Notes: a model not told the origin generated them from the sequence alone. Counted from the first letter of the stretch, positions 36,272-46,975 are shown. The stretch: 64,000 nt of DNA from Pseudomonadota bacterium (GCA_043821645.1 JBDRCO010000101.1:32001-96000); one strand, 5' to 3'. Numbers and translations are program-made.

Positions 36272-39200
36272 ATGCGGCACATTGGAATGACCCCGGTCTC
36301 GACACTCGGCCTGCTGGCCGTCCTGGCATTGCCTCGCTGTGACTGTGGTGGCGAGTCCAGCACCGTCAACAAGGAGTACTGCAGCAAGCTCGGGCTCGAG
36401 TTCAAGGAGAAGGACGGCACCGGTTACTGCTTCCAGAAGGGCGAGACCGTCCTGGTCAACGTGGACTGCAGCAATGCCTCCGAGACGACTCCCTGCGACG
36501 ACGGGGACGCCTGCACCTTCGGGGATCACTGCGACCCGGGGAGCGGCACCTGCGCGGGTACGCCACTGACGGGTGTCGACGACCAGAACCCCTGCACCGA
36601 GGACCGTTGCGATCCGGCCACCGGGGAGATCGTGTTCGACCCGCTGCCGCTCGACGGCGACAGCTGCGATGACGCCGACCCCTGCAGTAACAACGACATC
36701 TGCCAGAATGGGACCTGCGCTGGCACCTACACCATCGACCGTAATGGCAACACCATCGACGACGGGGATGCCTGCACCCGCGATTTCTGCGACGCCACGG
36801 GCACGCGTCAGAACGCGCCATACACGCCGGCCGAGGCTGCTGCGGCCGGGCTGGGTGGGATCACCTCTGCCCAGGTCGGCAACCCCTGTCTGCAGTACGC
36901 GTGCGTCGTGGGGACCGGGGCGACCCCGGCCATGACCCCCCTCGCCGACGACACGAGCTGCGCCGATCCGGCCCAGGGGCGAGGCAACGGACCCTGCGTG
37001 GCGTGGACCTGTCAGAGCAGCCAGTGCGTGTCCACCGTCGATGAGGAATCCGTGGCCACCGCTCCCCCCACGGGTGGCCAGACCTTGCACCCCGACTGCC
37101 GAATGCGGGAGTGCGACACCCGGACCGGTCAGGTCGTGTTCGTGCCAGACCCGCGCACCGTGGATGCGGCCTGCGACGATGGGAACTCGTGCAGCTTCGA
37201 CGACGCGTGTGGCGTGGACGGCATGTGCAGCGGGCTCGAGCTGGCGCATGGCACGGCCTGCGACGACGAGAATCCCTGCACCGTGGGTGACTACTGCCAC
37301 ATGTTCACGTGCCGTTCTGGTCAGGACCGTCTGGCCCTCGCCAACGAGTTGAAGATCACCCCCCCGGATGCGCTCAATACCTACCGCGATCCTGCGGGGA
37401 TCCTGGCTGCGGGCAATCCCTGTGCGGCCTACGCCTGTGACCCCTCGCGCGGCGTGATCGTGAGCAACGCGGCAGACGGCACGACCTGCGACGACGGCAA
37501 TCCCTGCACGACCTCGTCTACTTGCCACGGTGGGCTGTGCGAAGGTGAGCGCAACGCTCTCAATGACACGGTGCCATGCCCCAACCCGCAGAACGAGTGT
37601 GAGACCGGAACCTGCGACAAGGGCGTCTGCCTCAATTTCCAGCCGGTGACGACGCAACGCGCGTGCACGGGACTGGATGCCTGCCGTCGCTACCGCTGCG
37701 AGGATGTGGCGGGTGTCGGCACGTGTCGCGACTTCGAGAACGTGCCAGACAGCCCTCAGGTGATCTGCTCCAACGCCCTCGAGTGCGTCGTCGGCTACTG
37801 TGTAGGGGGGATCTGCACCTCCCAGATGAACGCACTGGATGGGCAGGCCTGCGAGGGGACGCCAGCCCTGGACCTGCGCTGCAACGCACCGACGTGCAGC
37901 AATGGAAACTGCCAGGCCAACCCACTGGCCCTGGACACAGCCTGCGCCCTGACCCTGGACGATCTGACCGCGGCCGGGCTCTCCGTGGTGGACCTGGCGT
38001 GCAACCAGGGCAGTTGCCAGGGCTCGCCGCGGGCCTGCACACCGACCCCGGTCAATGCCGATGGACCCTGCAACAACAACAATCCCTGCGACGGCGTCGA
38101 CTGGTGCCAGACCATGGGGTCCTACGGGCGTTGCATGGAGAAGTTCACCAGCGACGATCCGACCGCCGCGGCACCGCCGGATCCCTCGTGCACCAACAAC
38201 CCAGGGAGCTGCTTCGACAATACCGTGCCCCTGGCCTCGGGGGCGCAGCCCTGCGACCTGGACGGCGATCCGTCGACGGTCGGTCGCTGTCGTTACACCG
38301 GCGAGTGCATCGAGATCAGCCAGGTGGTCGACGACGAGAACGACTGCACTACGCCTGAGTGGAACGACACCACAGGTGCGGTGGAACTCACCCAGCGGCC
38401 CAACGGCGTGCCCTGCCACGTCGTCGGTATCAACCCCTGCATCGAGAACCGTGGAGTCTGCATCGACGGGACCTACCACACCAACCCCATGCCCGACGGT
38501 TCAAGCTGCGACCTGGTGGACCAGGCCGTGCCCGACATCAGCGATCTTCCCGCCGGTCACGCGCTCGAGTGCTACAACGAGGTCTGCGTGGGAGGCCTCT
38601 GTGTCATCGATACCTCCCTGCGCAACGGGGCGGACTGCGCGGACAGCGAGACGACCTGTACCGAGCGCGGCGCGTGCCAGAACGGCGCCTGTGTCGAGAG
38701 CACGGTCCCCCGTGGCTACGGTGAGACCTGCTCGCCGACCGGGAGTGCCTCGATCGTCGATCGCGAGGGTTCGGCCATCGCGGCCAAGGATGTGCCGTGC
38801 TGGGTGGCCTTCGAATGCTCCGAGACCGGTTCGTGCACGGTGGCCATGACCAAGGCCGCCCAGGGGACACCCTGCGACTTCACCCAGGACGGGGACATGT
38901 GTGATGGGCAGTGCAACGAGGGCATCTGCAACGCCCATCCCTGGGACAGCAGCAATGTTCTGGCCAACCTGTCCTGCGACGACGACAACGCGTGCACGGT
39001 GGACCAGTGCAACGGTGCGGGCAACTGCAACAACACCGCGCGCAATGATGGTCCTGCGCCCGGTCTGTGCCAGGGCCAGGATCCGACCAATGGCTGCCGC
39101 AGCCTCGAGTGTCGCAGCGGTGCCTGTGTGGGAATCGACAACAACAACACCTGCGACGACGGAAATGCCTGCACGCTCAACGACCGATGCAACAACGGGG

Positions 39201-41833
39201 TCTGTGCGAGTTCGACCTTTGCCCCGGCGGGGATGGCCTGCGGAGACCCGGATTCCGATGACGATTGTCGTCGAAGTGTGTGTGACAACAACGGCCAGTG
39301 CTCGGGCATCGAGGACGAGGGAAATGGATCGCCCTGCGACACCTCGGATCCCTGCAGTCGCTGGTTCTGCCAGGGTGGGCAGTGTGTGCACCAGGGGCCC
39401 GGTCAGCAGATGCCCGACGGCACCAACTGCGATACCAACGACATTCCCTGCGATGAGGCCTGCCTGGATCTCGACGGTCCGCTGGGCGTCGGGGTGTCGG
39501 AGTGCCGGCCCTTCAGCAACTTCATCGGCCTGATGCCTGCCAAGGTCATGGCTGCCAACGGTAACCCTGTCGACGACACGGGAAGCGAGGAGATCGCGTG
39601 TCGCACAATGTACGACCCGACCTTTGATCCGCAGGTCGCCAATCCCGAGCTCTCGGGTCACAGCTGTGCGCGCTACCTCTGCTACTACGGGGCGTGTCGG
39701 CCCTGGGACGCCGAGCTTCCCTCGGGTCTGCAAGCGGCTGCTGCCAATGCGTATGGCAACAGCCCGGAGGTCCCGGCCAATCCGAGCGATGGACGGTCCT
39801 GCGGCGAATCTGGTGAGTGCACCTCGCAGGGCATCTGCCGGGACAACATCTGCCTGAGCTACCACCTCGACAACGATGGTCAGCTGTGCAGCGCGCCGCG
39901 CTGCGTGGCAGGCACCGAGGAGGTGATGCAGCCCATTTGCGAGGCGGGCGCCTGTGGCGACGCCAGCACACTGGTGGACACCTGCAGCAAGGGTCTGGCA
40001 GCGTGCTCGGGCAACGGCTGCAAGGGCGAGGACTGCGACCTGCTGTGTGCGTCCACGACCTTCGACTACGTCAATGTGTTCGAAGACATCAGTCTCCTGG
40101 GCGGAACGCCCCGGGCAGCCGATCTGCGCAGCCCCCTGGATGCCCTGCAGACCTGCGGAGTCTTTGGCGTAAATGCCCCCCGTACGGAGCAGCAGCGCAT
40201 GGCCTGTGACGACGGATCAGTATTGCTCGACCTGCAGACGGACCTCGGGTTCGGAAACCCGGCTGGTGATGGAGATGGATTCTGGTACTACAACAGGCGC
40301 TTCCGCTACATCTCGATCTCGGCCAACGGCACCGTGCTGTTGCACAAGGATCATCCGACCAGTCTGACCCGCGCCGAGGAGACATTGTTCGTCGCAGGGA
40401 ATGTCGGCGGAGCGGTCTTCGATCCCGATGCCCTGGATCAGCCGGGGGATCCCAGGAACAACGGTGAGGACGCCGCCCAGATCCGCGTGTTCCGCGATGA
40501 CCTGACCTTGATCACGGACACCGACGCAGCGAACATCCCCTCGGATCCTCGTGTCGCCTACGGTGCTTTCGACCGCCTCGGTGAGATCTACACCAAGCAC
40601 ATGCCAGGCTCGGATGGCCAGCCCAACACCGGCGACGACTACCTCATCGTCCAGTGGAACGACCTTGGGTTCTATGGCTGCTCGCAATCTGTGGCCCAGC
40701 GCGCCCACATGACCTTCCAGCTCAAGTGGTGGCCGGTCTCGGGCATGATGGCCTTCGTCTACCCGCACACCGTGAACGATGACGGTCCCAGTGGAACGGA
40801 CTGCCTGGTGGGCCGAGTCCACGGCTCGGACGCGGCCGTGGGCCTGGTCGATGAGAACGGAACGCCGGCCGACGAGGTGGGCACCAACCAGCTTGTCATC
40901 ATCAACGACAGCGGTCCGAACACGGACCCCTTTGATGCCTACTATCTGTTCTGGCCCAGCGACTACCCGACCACGCACTATGGCTGGCGCACCATGCAGT
41001 GGTTCGATGACATCACCACCTACTCGCCCGCCCGGGGGGCCTCGGTGGGTACGCAACTGGACGAGGTGAGCAACTGCGACGATTGCTGCGAGCGCGTGGA
41101 CCTGGCGCAGCCGCTGCGCATCGATGGGCAGCTGCGGGACTTCCTGTACGTGTGCGTCGACGGCTACGTGCACTTCGCTCCGCCCAGCGATCCGGATTTC
41201 ATGGCGATGAGCAACAACTGCGGCGGTTTCGATCTGGTCTCGACCGGTTATCCGCCCTTCACGGTGGCACCGTTCTGGGCATCCTTCCGCAACAGCCGGA
41301 GCCCCAAGGCCAGGGTCCACGTGCTGGACGCCACCGTCGACGGGCAGAGGCAGGTCATCGTGCAGTGGAGCCATGCCGAGTACGCCGCACGAACTGGCCT
41401 GATAGGCAACCTGCCGATGCGAAGCCAGGAACGGGGTGAGGCCCTGTGTAGCAACAACGCCGATGACGACGGGGACAACCGTGTCGACTGTGAGGATTCC
41501 AACTGCACCTGCGCGGCAGCCTGTGGCGGCGAGGGGTGCGGCCTGACATTCCAGGTCGTGTTCCACGAGGGCCTGGGCTTCGTCGAGTTCCGTTATCTGG
41601 GCGATGACTGGGAATACATGCACGCCGAGGCAAGCGTCAGTGGTGCCTCGATCGGTATCAAGCAGGGTAGCCTGGATAGGGGTGTGGACCTGCTGGACAA
41701 CAGGAACGGCGGCGCTGCCATGCCGTGGTTCAGCAACCTCGACACCGCAGATGTCGACGAGCAGTGGCCTGGCCAGCAGCGCAGCATCCTGCTGCTCCAG
41801 CAGAGCCACTTCATGCCCTTCGCGCGGCACTGA
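36272..41833 (+). CDS. Giant (~1850 aa) Cys-rich surface protein with CDDGNxCT repeats and two C-terminal nidogen(NIDO)-like domains
   Basis: Signal peptide followed by CDCGG. Many C(D/N)DG(N/D)(P/A)CT.D.C modules. C-terminal ISISANG...IVQW...TFQ and VCVDG..PFW...IVQW...TFQVVF motifs. Confidence 0.85.
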   Translation: MRHIGMTPVSTLGLLAVLALPRCDCGGESSTVNKEYCSKLGLEFKEKDGTGYCFQKGETVLVNVDCSNASETTPCDDGDACTFGDHCDPGSGTCAGTPLTGVDDQNPCTEDRCDPATGEIVFDPLPLDGDSCDDADPCSNNDICQNGTCAGTYTIDRNGNTIDDGDACTRDFCDATGTRQNAPYTPAEAAAAGLGGITSAQVGNPCLQYACVVGTGATPAMTPLADDTSCADPAQGRGNGPCVAWTCQSSQCVSTVDEESVATAPPTGGQTLHPDCRMRECDTRTGQVVFVPDPRTVDAACDDGNSCSFDDACGVDGMCSGLELAHGTACDDENPCTVGDYCHMFTCRSGQDRLALANELKITPPDALNTYRDPAGILAAGNPCAAYACDPSRGVIVSNAADGTTCDDGNPCTTSSTCHGGLCEGERNALNDTVPCPNPQNECETGTCDKGVCLNFQPVTTQRACTGLDACRRYRCEDVAGVGTCRDFENVPDSPQVICSNALECVVGYCVGGICTSQMNALDGQACEGTPALDLRCNAPTCSNGNCQANPLALDTACALTLDDLTAAGLSVVDLACNQGSCQGSPRACTPTPVNADGPCNNNNPCDGVDWCQTMGSYGRCMEKFTSDDPTAAAPPDPSCTNNPGSCFDNTVPLASGAQPCDLDGDPSTVGRCRYTGECIEISQVVDDENDCTTPEWNDTTGAVELTQRPNGVPCHVVGINPCIENRGVCIDGTYHTNPMPDGSSCDLVDQAVPDISDLPAGHALECYNEVCVGGLCVIDTSLRNGADCADSETTCTERGACQNGACVESTVPRGYGETCSPTGSASIVDREGSAIAAKDVPCWVAFECSETGSCTVAMTKAAQGTPCDFTQDGDMCDGQCNEGICNAHPWDSSNVLANLSCDDDNACTVDQCNGAGNCNNTARNDGPAPGLCQGQDPTNGCRSLECRSGACVGIDNNNTCDDGNACTLNDRCNNGVCASSTFAPAGMACGDPDSDDDCRRSVCDNNGQCSGIEDEGNGSPCDTSDPCSRWFCQGGQCVHQGPGQQMPDGTNCDTNDIPCDEACLDLDGPLGVGVSECRPFSNFIGLMPAKVMAANGNPVDDTGSEEIACRTMYDPTFDPQVANPELSGHSCARYLCYYGACRPWDAELPSGLQAAAANAYGNSPEVPANPSDGRSCGESGECTSQGICRDNICLSYHLDNDGQLCSAPRCVAGTEEVMQPICEAGACGDASTLVDTCSKGLAACSGNGCKGEDCDLLCASTTFDYVNVFEDISLLGGTPRAADLRSPLDALQTCGVFGVNAPRTEQQRMACDDGSVLLDLQTDLGFGNPAGDGDGFWYYNRRFRYISISANGTVLLHKDHPTSLTRAEETLFVAGNVGGAVFDPDALDQPGDPRNNGEDAAQIRVFRDDLTLITDTDAANIPSDPRVAYGAFDRLGEIYTKHMPGSDGQPNTGDDYLIVQWNDLGFYGCSQSVAQRAHMTFQLKWWPVSGMMAFVYPHTVNDDGPSGTDCLVGRVHGSDAAVGLVDENGTPADEVGTNQLVIINDSGPNTDPFDAYYLFWPSDYPTTHYGWRTMQWFDDITTYSPARGASVGTQLDEVSNCDDCCERVDLAQPLRIDGQLRDFLYVCVDGYVHFAPPSDPDFMAMSNNCGGFDLVSTGYPPFTVAPFWASFRNSRSPKARVHVLDATVDGQRQVIVQWSHAEYAARTGLIGNLPMRSQERGEALCSNNADDDGDNRVDCEDSNCTCAAACGGEGCGLTFQVVFHEGLGFVEFRYLGDDWEYMHAEASVSGASIGIKQGSLDRGVDLLDNRNGGAAMPWFSNLDTADVDEQWPGQQRSILLLQQSHFMPFARH

Positions 41834-41933
41834 TCCCGACCTGACGCGGTTCCCTCCTTCCATACGTGATCGATCTCGGGCTCGTCCCGCTCTGGCAACC
41901 GACACAGCTCCGGTCGCCCTTCTCTCCTATCCG

Positions 41934-42069
41934 TTCACCCAGGCAGCGCCCGACGCAGAGGGGGCGTGCCGAACGCCCGACCTTGGATCCCGTGATCGCC
42001 GCCGCTGCTGCCAGGGGTGAATGGGTCGGGGCCTGTGCCCGGCGCAGAGGGGGCGTGCCGAACGCCCCC
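41934..42069. repeat. Copy B (42013-42069) plus partial copy (41948-41978) of the double-hairpin intergenic repeat
   Basis: CGCAGAGGGGGCGTGCCGAACGCCC occurs twice. The full copy aligns with 18522-18578. Confidence 0.75.
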
Positions 42070-42077
42070 TGAGAAAG

Positions 42078-42590
42078 CTAATAAGGAGAAAACCCCGCCT
42101 CGCTCCAGAAATCATCCTTGAGCATGTCCTGCTGCCTCAACAGGGCACGGTAATGCCCCGTCTCCCACTGCGTGAGCTCCTCGAAGAACCGCTGAACTGC
42201 CGGATCTTCGACCGTCCGCGCGCATTCGGCGTAGTACGCCATCGCGCTCTTCTCGAGGTGAATGGCGATGGACAGCGAGCTCATCTCGAAGTGAGCGTCC
42301 TTGATACGGCCCTTGAACTCCTCGGAGAAGATCGGGCTGGCGGAGGACAGGTCAGACGGAATGCCCAGCTTGATCCGGGAGTCGATCTGCCCGGTCTGCG
42401 ACACAGCCTTGTGCTGCGCACGCAGGAACTCCTGGTGGCCACGCTCTTCGTCGGCCAGCCGGCGAAACACCTGCTGCGCCTGTTCGTCCTCGGTGCGGTC
42501 CGCGGCCATGCGGTAGAAGTGCTCGCCATCGTGCTCGGCGGTGATGGCCTTGAACAGCAGCTCCGCGACCACCTTGTTTGCCTCGATCAT
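42078..42590 (-). CDS. Rubrerythrin/ferritin-like diiron protein
   Basis: Duplicated AI..E.....FY / E..H motifs (AEHDGEHFY..EERGH and LEKSAMAYY..WETGH), ending in FW..GFSPY. Confidence 0.9.
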   Translation of the reverse strand: MIEANKVVAELLFKAITAEHDGEHFYRMAADRTEDEQAQQVFRRLADEERGHQEFLRAQHKAVSQTGQIDSRIKLGIPSDLSSASPIFSEEFKGRIKDAHFEMSSLSIAIHLEKSAMAYYAECARTVEDPAVQRFFEELTQWETGHYRALLRQQDMLKDDFWSEAGFSPY

Positions 42591-42661
42591 CCTCTTCTCC
42601 CTTTCTCGATGTGCTTCCCTGGGCACCTAGCGCGCTCGCAGCGCGGGCACCACTCGAGGGG

Positions 42662-43135
42662 TCAATACTCGCATCCCTCGTCGTCGACCTCGACCATGGG
42701 GAGCGCCCTCGCCACCTCGACACGCCCGTACAGGTAGCTGCGCGTCCGACCACCACTGCGGACAAAGCGCACGCGCAGGAGGTCTCCCGGCATGCGGGCG
42801 ATCTCTATGGTGCGCCGCCTCTCCTCGATCACCAGCACACCCTGAACCAAGCGCGGGTCCGGGTAGCGACGCGCCTGGGTCGTGCCGGACCAGCGCAGAA
42901 GGAACACGCCCCCTTCGCTGGAGAGCACGAGCTGGTCGTCCACGCCACAGCGCTGGGTCTTGCGCAGGCCCTGGGGCGTCTGCAGGACCTCGAGGTAGGC
43001 GCCGTCCAGTTCGGACAGCGATCGAATGGGCTGGCTCGCCGGCTGACTCGTCGGCTGTGTCGCCGGGGCAGAAGTCTGAGCCGCAGCCTGGGCCGCGAAG
43101 ACCAAACCCACAGCACAGATCAGAGTCCGGAGCAT
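42662..43135 (-). CDS. Secreted hypothetical protein
   Basis: GAGGT RBS, signal peptide MLRTLICAVGLVFAAQAAA and an SQPTSQPASQP linker. Confidence 0.7.
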   Translation of the reverse strand: MLRTLICAVGLVFAAQAAAQTSAPATQPTSQPASQPIRSLSELDGAYLEVLQTPQGLRKTQRCGVDDQLVLSSEGGVFLLRWSGTTQARRYPDPRLVQGVLVIEERRRTIEIARMPGDLLRVRFVRSGGRTRSYLYGRVEVARALPMVEVDDEGCEY

Positions 43136-43260
43136 GGCCACCTCTTGCCCCCTCCACCATAGCCAGAAGGGCGCGTGCTGTCCGCTGTCCCGTATGCCGC
43201 AGACGCGGGTGCGCATCTCGCCAGGGCGCATGTGCCCGGTGCCTGCGCTAGAATGCAGAG

Positions 43261-44670
43261 ATGCTCTGTGCGGCCTGCGGTGAACAGGTGTCCTTTGTTG
43301 AGCCCTGTCCACGCTGCGGACAGCCGGGCTTGCTGGTCCAGCGCTTCGAGCTTGTCGAGATCCTGGGGCACGGTGCGGTGGGGACAACCTACCATGCACG
43401 GCGCCTCAGCGATGGCCAGGCGGTGGCCGTCAAGGAGATGATGGTGCGCCGCGTGCTCGCGGCCAAGTCGCTGGAGCTTTTCGAGCGCGAAGCGCAGGTT
43501 CTTGCCAGCCTTCAGCATCCAGGCATCCCCGCGCTGTACGAGTCTCTTCAGGCAGGGGAGGGGCGTCACCTGGCGCTGTACCTGGTGCAGGAGATTGTCG
43601 ACGGAGAGACTCTGGCCGAGGAGCTGTTGCGACGCCGTTGCTCCGAGGCCGACGTGATCGCGGTGATGCGGGGCGTGCTCGAGATCCTGGCCTACCTGGC
43701 CGACCGTCGGCCCCCGGTGGTTCACCGCGACATCAAGCCGGCCAATATCATGCGTCGCCGTGACGACGGACGGCTGGTGCTCATCGACTTTGGTTGCGTG
43801 CGCGCTGCGCTCGATACACCGGAGGGAGGCAGCACGGTGGCCGGAACTTTTGGCTACATGGCTCCGGAGCAGTTGCTCGGGCGGGCGCTCCCTGCCAGTG
43901 ATGTCTACGGCCTGGCCGCGACGGCGGTGCATTTGCTGAGCGGCGAGGATCCACAGCGCCTGATGGACCTGGAGCACCGCATCGCTCTGGATCAGATACC
44001 GGTGCTCAGTCCCGCGCTGCGCGAGGTGCTGCAGTGGATGCTGGCTCCCGAGCCTGCAGATCGCCCCTCGGATCCAAGAGCCCTCGCCGAGCACCTGGGA
44101 CGGATCCTGCACGGCGAGGAGCACGCCCTGACCAGCGTTCCATCGCGCGCCCTCGGGCTGCTGCCTCCCCCTCCGCGCGCACTCCCGGAGCGCTTCTCGC
44201 ATGTCCACGCTGCCGCAGACCGCGTCAAGATGCAGTTCGGCTTCATCCTCTTGGGCTCCGGGGGCGCGGCAGGCCTGCTGGGCATCGCGGCCACTCTCGC
44301 CAGTCCCTCGCTCCCGCTCCTGGATGTCCTTCTGCCTGCGGGCGGCCTGCTCCTTGCCCTGGGCGGGTCCGGTGCCGCGGTGCTCGCACGTGCCTGGCAG
44401 CGACTGATTCGACTGCGGCGCATCTACACCAACGGTGCCGCGGTCGATGGTCGGATCGTCGAATGCACGCGCTCCAGCTACACGGTCAACGGCGCTCGTG
44501 CCTGGTGTTATCACTATCGGTACACGGTTCGCGGACAGGAATATGCAGGCAGCACCGACAGCTGGATCGCGCTCGAGGTTTCTTCCGGAGACCGCGTGCT
44601 TGTGCTGCATGACCCGCTTCGCCCCGAGCGAAGCCTGCTTCATATCGACGCTGCACGACGACGTTCTTAG
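43261..44670 (+). CDS. Ser/Thr protein kinase with two TMs and a C-terminal DUF3592-like domain
   Basis: CxxC...CxxC, GHGAVG, VAVK, HRDIKPAN, DFG and GTFGYMAPE motifs. C-terminal GDRVLVLHDP..P. Confidence 0.92.
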   Translation: MLCAACGEQVSFVEPCPRCGQPGLLVQRFELVEILGHGAVGTTYHARRLSDGQAVAVKEMMVRRVLAAKSLELFEREAQVLASLQHPGIPALYESLQAGEGRHLALYLVQEIVDGETLAEELLRRRCSEADVIAVMRGVLEILAYLADRRPPVVHRDIKPANIMRRRDDGRLVLIDFGCVRAALDTPEGGSTVAGTFGYMAPEQLLGRALPASDVYGLAATAVHLLSGEDPQRLMDLEHRIALDQIPVLSPALREVLQWMLAPEPADRPSDPRALAEHLGRILHGEEHALTSVPSRALGLLPPPPRALPERFSHVHAAADRVKMQFGFILLGSGGAAGLLGIAATLASPSLPLLDVLLPAGGLLLALGGSGAAVLARAWQRLIRLRRIYTNGAAVDGRIVECTRSSYTVNGARAWCYHYRYTVRGQEYAGSTDSWIALEVSSGDRVLVLHDPLRPERSLLHIDAARRRS

Positions 44671-45488
44671 ATCACGCCCTGTTTGAAATGCTCCCGGCCC
44701 AGGAAGAAGAGCGAGCCCTGCCGCGGGTAGCTGCCCTGGCAGGTATCGCAGACGACGCGCGCCGAGAGCACGCGGAGCGCTCCGTGGCAGCGGCTGCAGC
44801 GTATGAAGGGGGAGATATCGACGGCTGGGCGGATCGTGCGAAGGCCCCGTGCGATCGCCACCTCACCGCGCTCGCGCGCTTGCTGTGCCAGGGCGCGTGC
44901 GAGATCGCGAGCACTCTGGCTGGTGTCCGGCATGGCTTCATCCAGCGAGAAAGGCTGGGTGCCGACCGTGTATGGGATGCGCGTGTGCCAGTCGAGGCGC
45001 GTGGCCCGCAGGGACGGATTGGTCGCATTGAAGAGCCGGAACGACAGGTTATGGCGGGTGAGCGCCTCGAGCAGTGCGTTCCTGTCGTGGGGCCCGGGTG
45101 TCTTGGGACGGATGTCCAGGACGCCGGCGCACTCGCGCAGCATCCAGCGGTGGTAATCGCGGTGGGGCTCCAGCAGCTCGAACAGCGCTGACGGGGTCTC
45201 GAGGTAGCCCGCCTGGCTGACACGCTGGATCTCGTCGAGGCAGCGATGGATGTCCTCGGCGTGTTCGATCACGTGGCAGCAGATCGAGTAGGCGAAGGCG
45301 CCGTCGACAAAAGGAAGATCCTGCACATCCGCGACGATCAGCGGTCGCTGATCCTGAGCCAGCGCGCCTTCGCGCTCGCGCGGCTCCAGGAACTTGTCCA
45401 CCAGCACATCGGCAAAGGGCAGGGGTCGGTGGCCGCTGCCGATCTCGACGACGGGACCGCCGCGGACAAACTGGCTGAGGCTGATCAC
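44667..45488 (-). CDS. Class I SAM-dependent methyltransferase with C-terminal Zn-ribbon (Trm112-like)
   Basis: VEIGSG, LPFVDGAF, HVIEH and CSRC...CDTC motifs. Confidence 0.85.
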   Translation of the reverse strand: MISLSQFVRGGPVVEIGSGHRPLPFADVLVDKFLEPREREGALAQDQRPLIVADVQDLPFVDGAFAYSICCHVIEHAEDIHRCLDEIQRVSQAGYLETPSALFELLEPHRDYHRWMLRECAGVLDIRPKTPGPHDRNALLEALTRHNLSFRLFNATNPSLRATRLDWHTRIPYTVGTQPFSLDEAMPDTSQSARDLARALAQQARERGEVAIARGLRTIRPAVDISPFIRCSRCHGALRVLSARVVCDTCQGSYPRQGSLFFLGREHFKQGVI

Positions 45489-46909
45489 GCTCGCTGCTCC
45501 GTGGTTTCCATCGCCTTACCATCGCGCGCGGCCAGGACCAGGCCAATCAGGCACCACACGTCGGTGCGAAACAAGGTCTGGTTGAACTGGTACATGATCC
45601 CGAACAGAACCACAGCTGCCAGCAGCAGCGCACGACCCCGGGCGTTTGCCCAGGGATCCCGCGAGCGCAGGAGCCGCCAGCACGCGCGCAGCACCAGCAG
45701 CAACGCGGCGATCACCAGCCCGAGGCCCAGCAGACCATTCTCGGCCGCGAGCTCGGCGTAGAGATTGAAGGTGACCAGCTGATCCATGCGCTCGGGGGAG
45801 AGCACCTGACCGTGCTCTCGTGCCAGAGCGCCACCGAATTGACCGAGCCCTACCCCCAGCACAGGACGGTCGCGAAACATGCCCAGGGCCTGCCGCACGC
45901 CTTCGAGCCGTGGTGCCGAGGAACTCTGCTCCTCGAGATCAAAACCTCGTCGCGCCATGCGCGCATAGCTGTCCGACGACGAGATCAGGAGCAACAGCGC
46001 TGCCAGTGCGTAGCCGGAGGCCAGAACCCCCAGTCCCCGGCGTTGCACGCGCTCCATCCTCGACCAGCCGGTGACGATGACGGCGAGGGCGCACAGCGTG
46101 ATCACGGCGAGCCCTATCCAGCCTGACCGTGACGAGGCCAGCACCAGGCTGATCACCAGCACTGAGGAGCAGCCCGCTGCAAGCAGGGGGTGCAGAAGCG
46201 GTGGTCGCCGCAGAAAAGATGCGAGGGCCAGGCCGAGCACCGTCACCATGGAGAACGCGAAGTAGCTGGGTTCGTAGGACAGGCCATTGATGCGCGGCAG
46301 TCCCTCCATCCACTGCGTCACCAGCGGAGGGTCGCCCCCCAGCGCACCCACCAGCCACTGCAGGAGGCCGAACATCGCGATGGCGGTCGCCGCGAGGATC
46401 GTGCTGCGAAGCGCGAGATCAACGTCGTCACGGGTCGAAAGAACCAGCCACAGGCCACCGGCGACGCCGAGGCTCGTGAACAGGGACCAGGCAACGTAGG
46501 CCAGGCCCTTGGTCGGATTGGGGACTTCTCCGAGTGCGACGTGTACACCGGCGATCACCGCAAACACCACCATGAGCAGCAAGGGACGCGGAAACCGGCG
46601 CAGCGATTCCCGCAGGGTCCCGTGACCCAGCTCGCGGGCCAGCACTCCCAGGCACATGCCCAGAGCCGCCACCTGGCTCGCACGCAGGGTGAATCGCCCG
46701 AGCTCCGCGGTTCCAACCAGGTCTGGCGCAGCGAGCACGACCAGTGCCAGAGCTCCGAGGCGGGGATTCCACAAGCCCAGGGCCGCGAGGACGACGCTGC
46801 TCAGCGCAAACAGGACCGGGGCACCCGCCCACATGAGCAGGGGCAGCAAGCCAAGCACCAGTGCGGCGAGCACGGTGCTCGCGACCAGGTGACGTCGGGG
46901 AAATGGCAT
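45485..46909 (-). CDS. O-antigen ligase / Wzy-family membrane protein
   Basis: About 12 TMs. R..G...EPS, SSRSGW, R......MFRDRPVLGVGLGQF and NLYAELAAENG motifs. Confidence 0.88.
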   Translation of the reverse strand: MPFPRRHLVASTVLAALVLGLLPLLMWAGAPVLFALSSVVLAALGLWNPRLGALALVVLAAPDLVGTAELGRFTLRASQVAALGMCLGVLARELGHGTLRESLRRFPRPLLLMVVFAVIAGVHVALGEVPNPTKGLAYVAWSLFTSLGVAGGLWLVLSTRDDVDLALRSTILAATAIAMFGLLQWLVGALGGDPPLVTQWMEGLPRINGLSYEPSYFAFSMVTVLGLALASFLRRPPLLHPLLAAGCSSVLVISLVLASSRSGWIGLAVITLCALAVIVTGWSRMERVQRRGLGVLASGYALAALLLLISSSDSYARMARRGFDLEEQSSSAPRLEGVRQALGMFRDRPVLGVGLGQFGGALAREHGQVLSPERMDQLVTFNLYAELAAENGLLGLGLVIAALLLVLRACWRLLRSRDPWANARGRALLLAAVVLFGIMYQFNQTLFRTDVWCLIGLVLAARDGKAMETTEQRA

Positions 46910-46975
46910 GTCGTGGGGGTGCAGAGCCGTGGTCTCCTCGTGGCACTCGTGGTACATGAGCGGCCGGAGGTGTTT

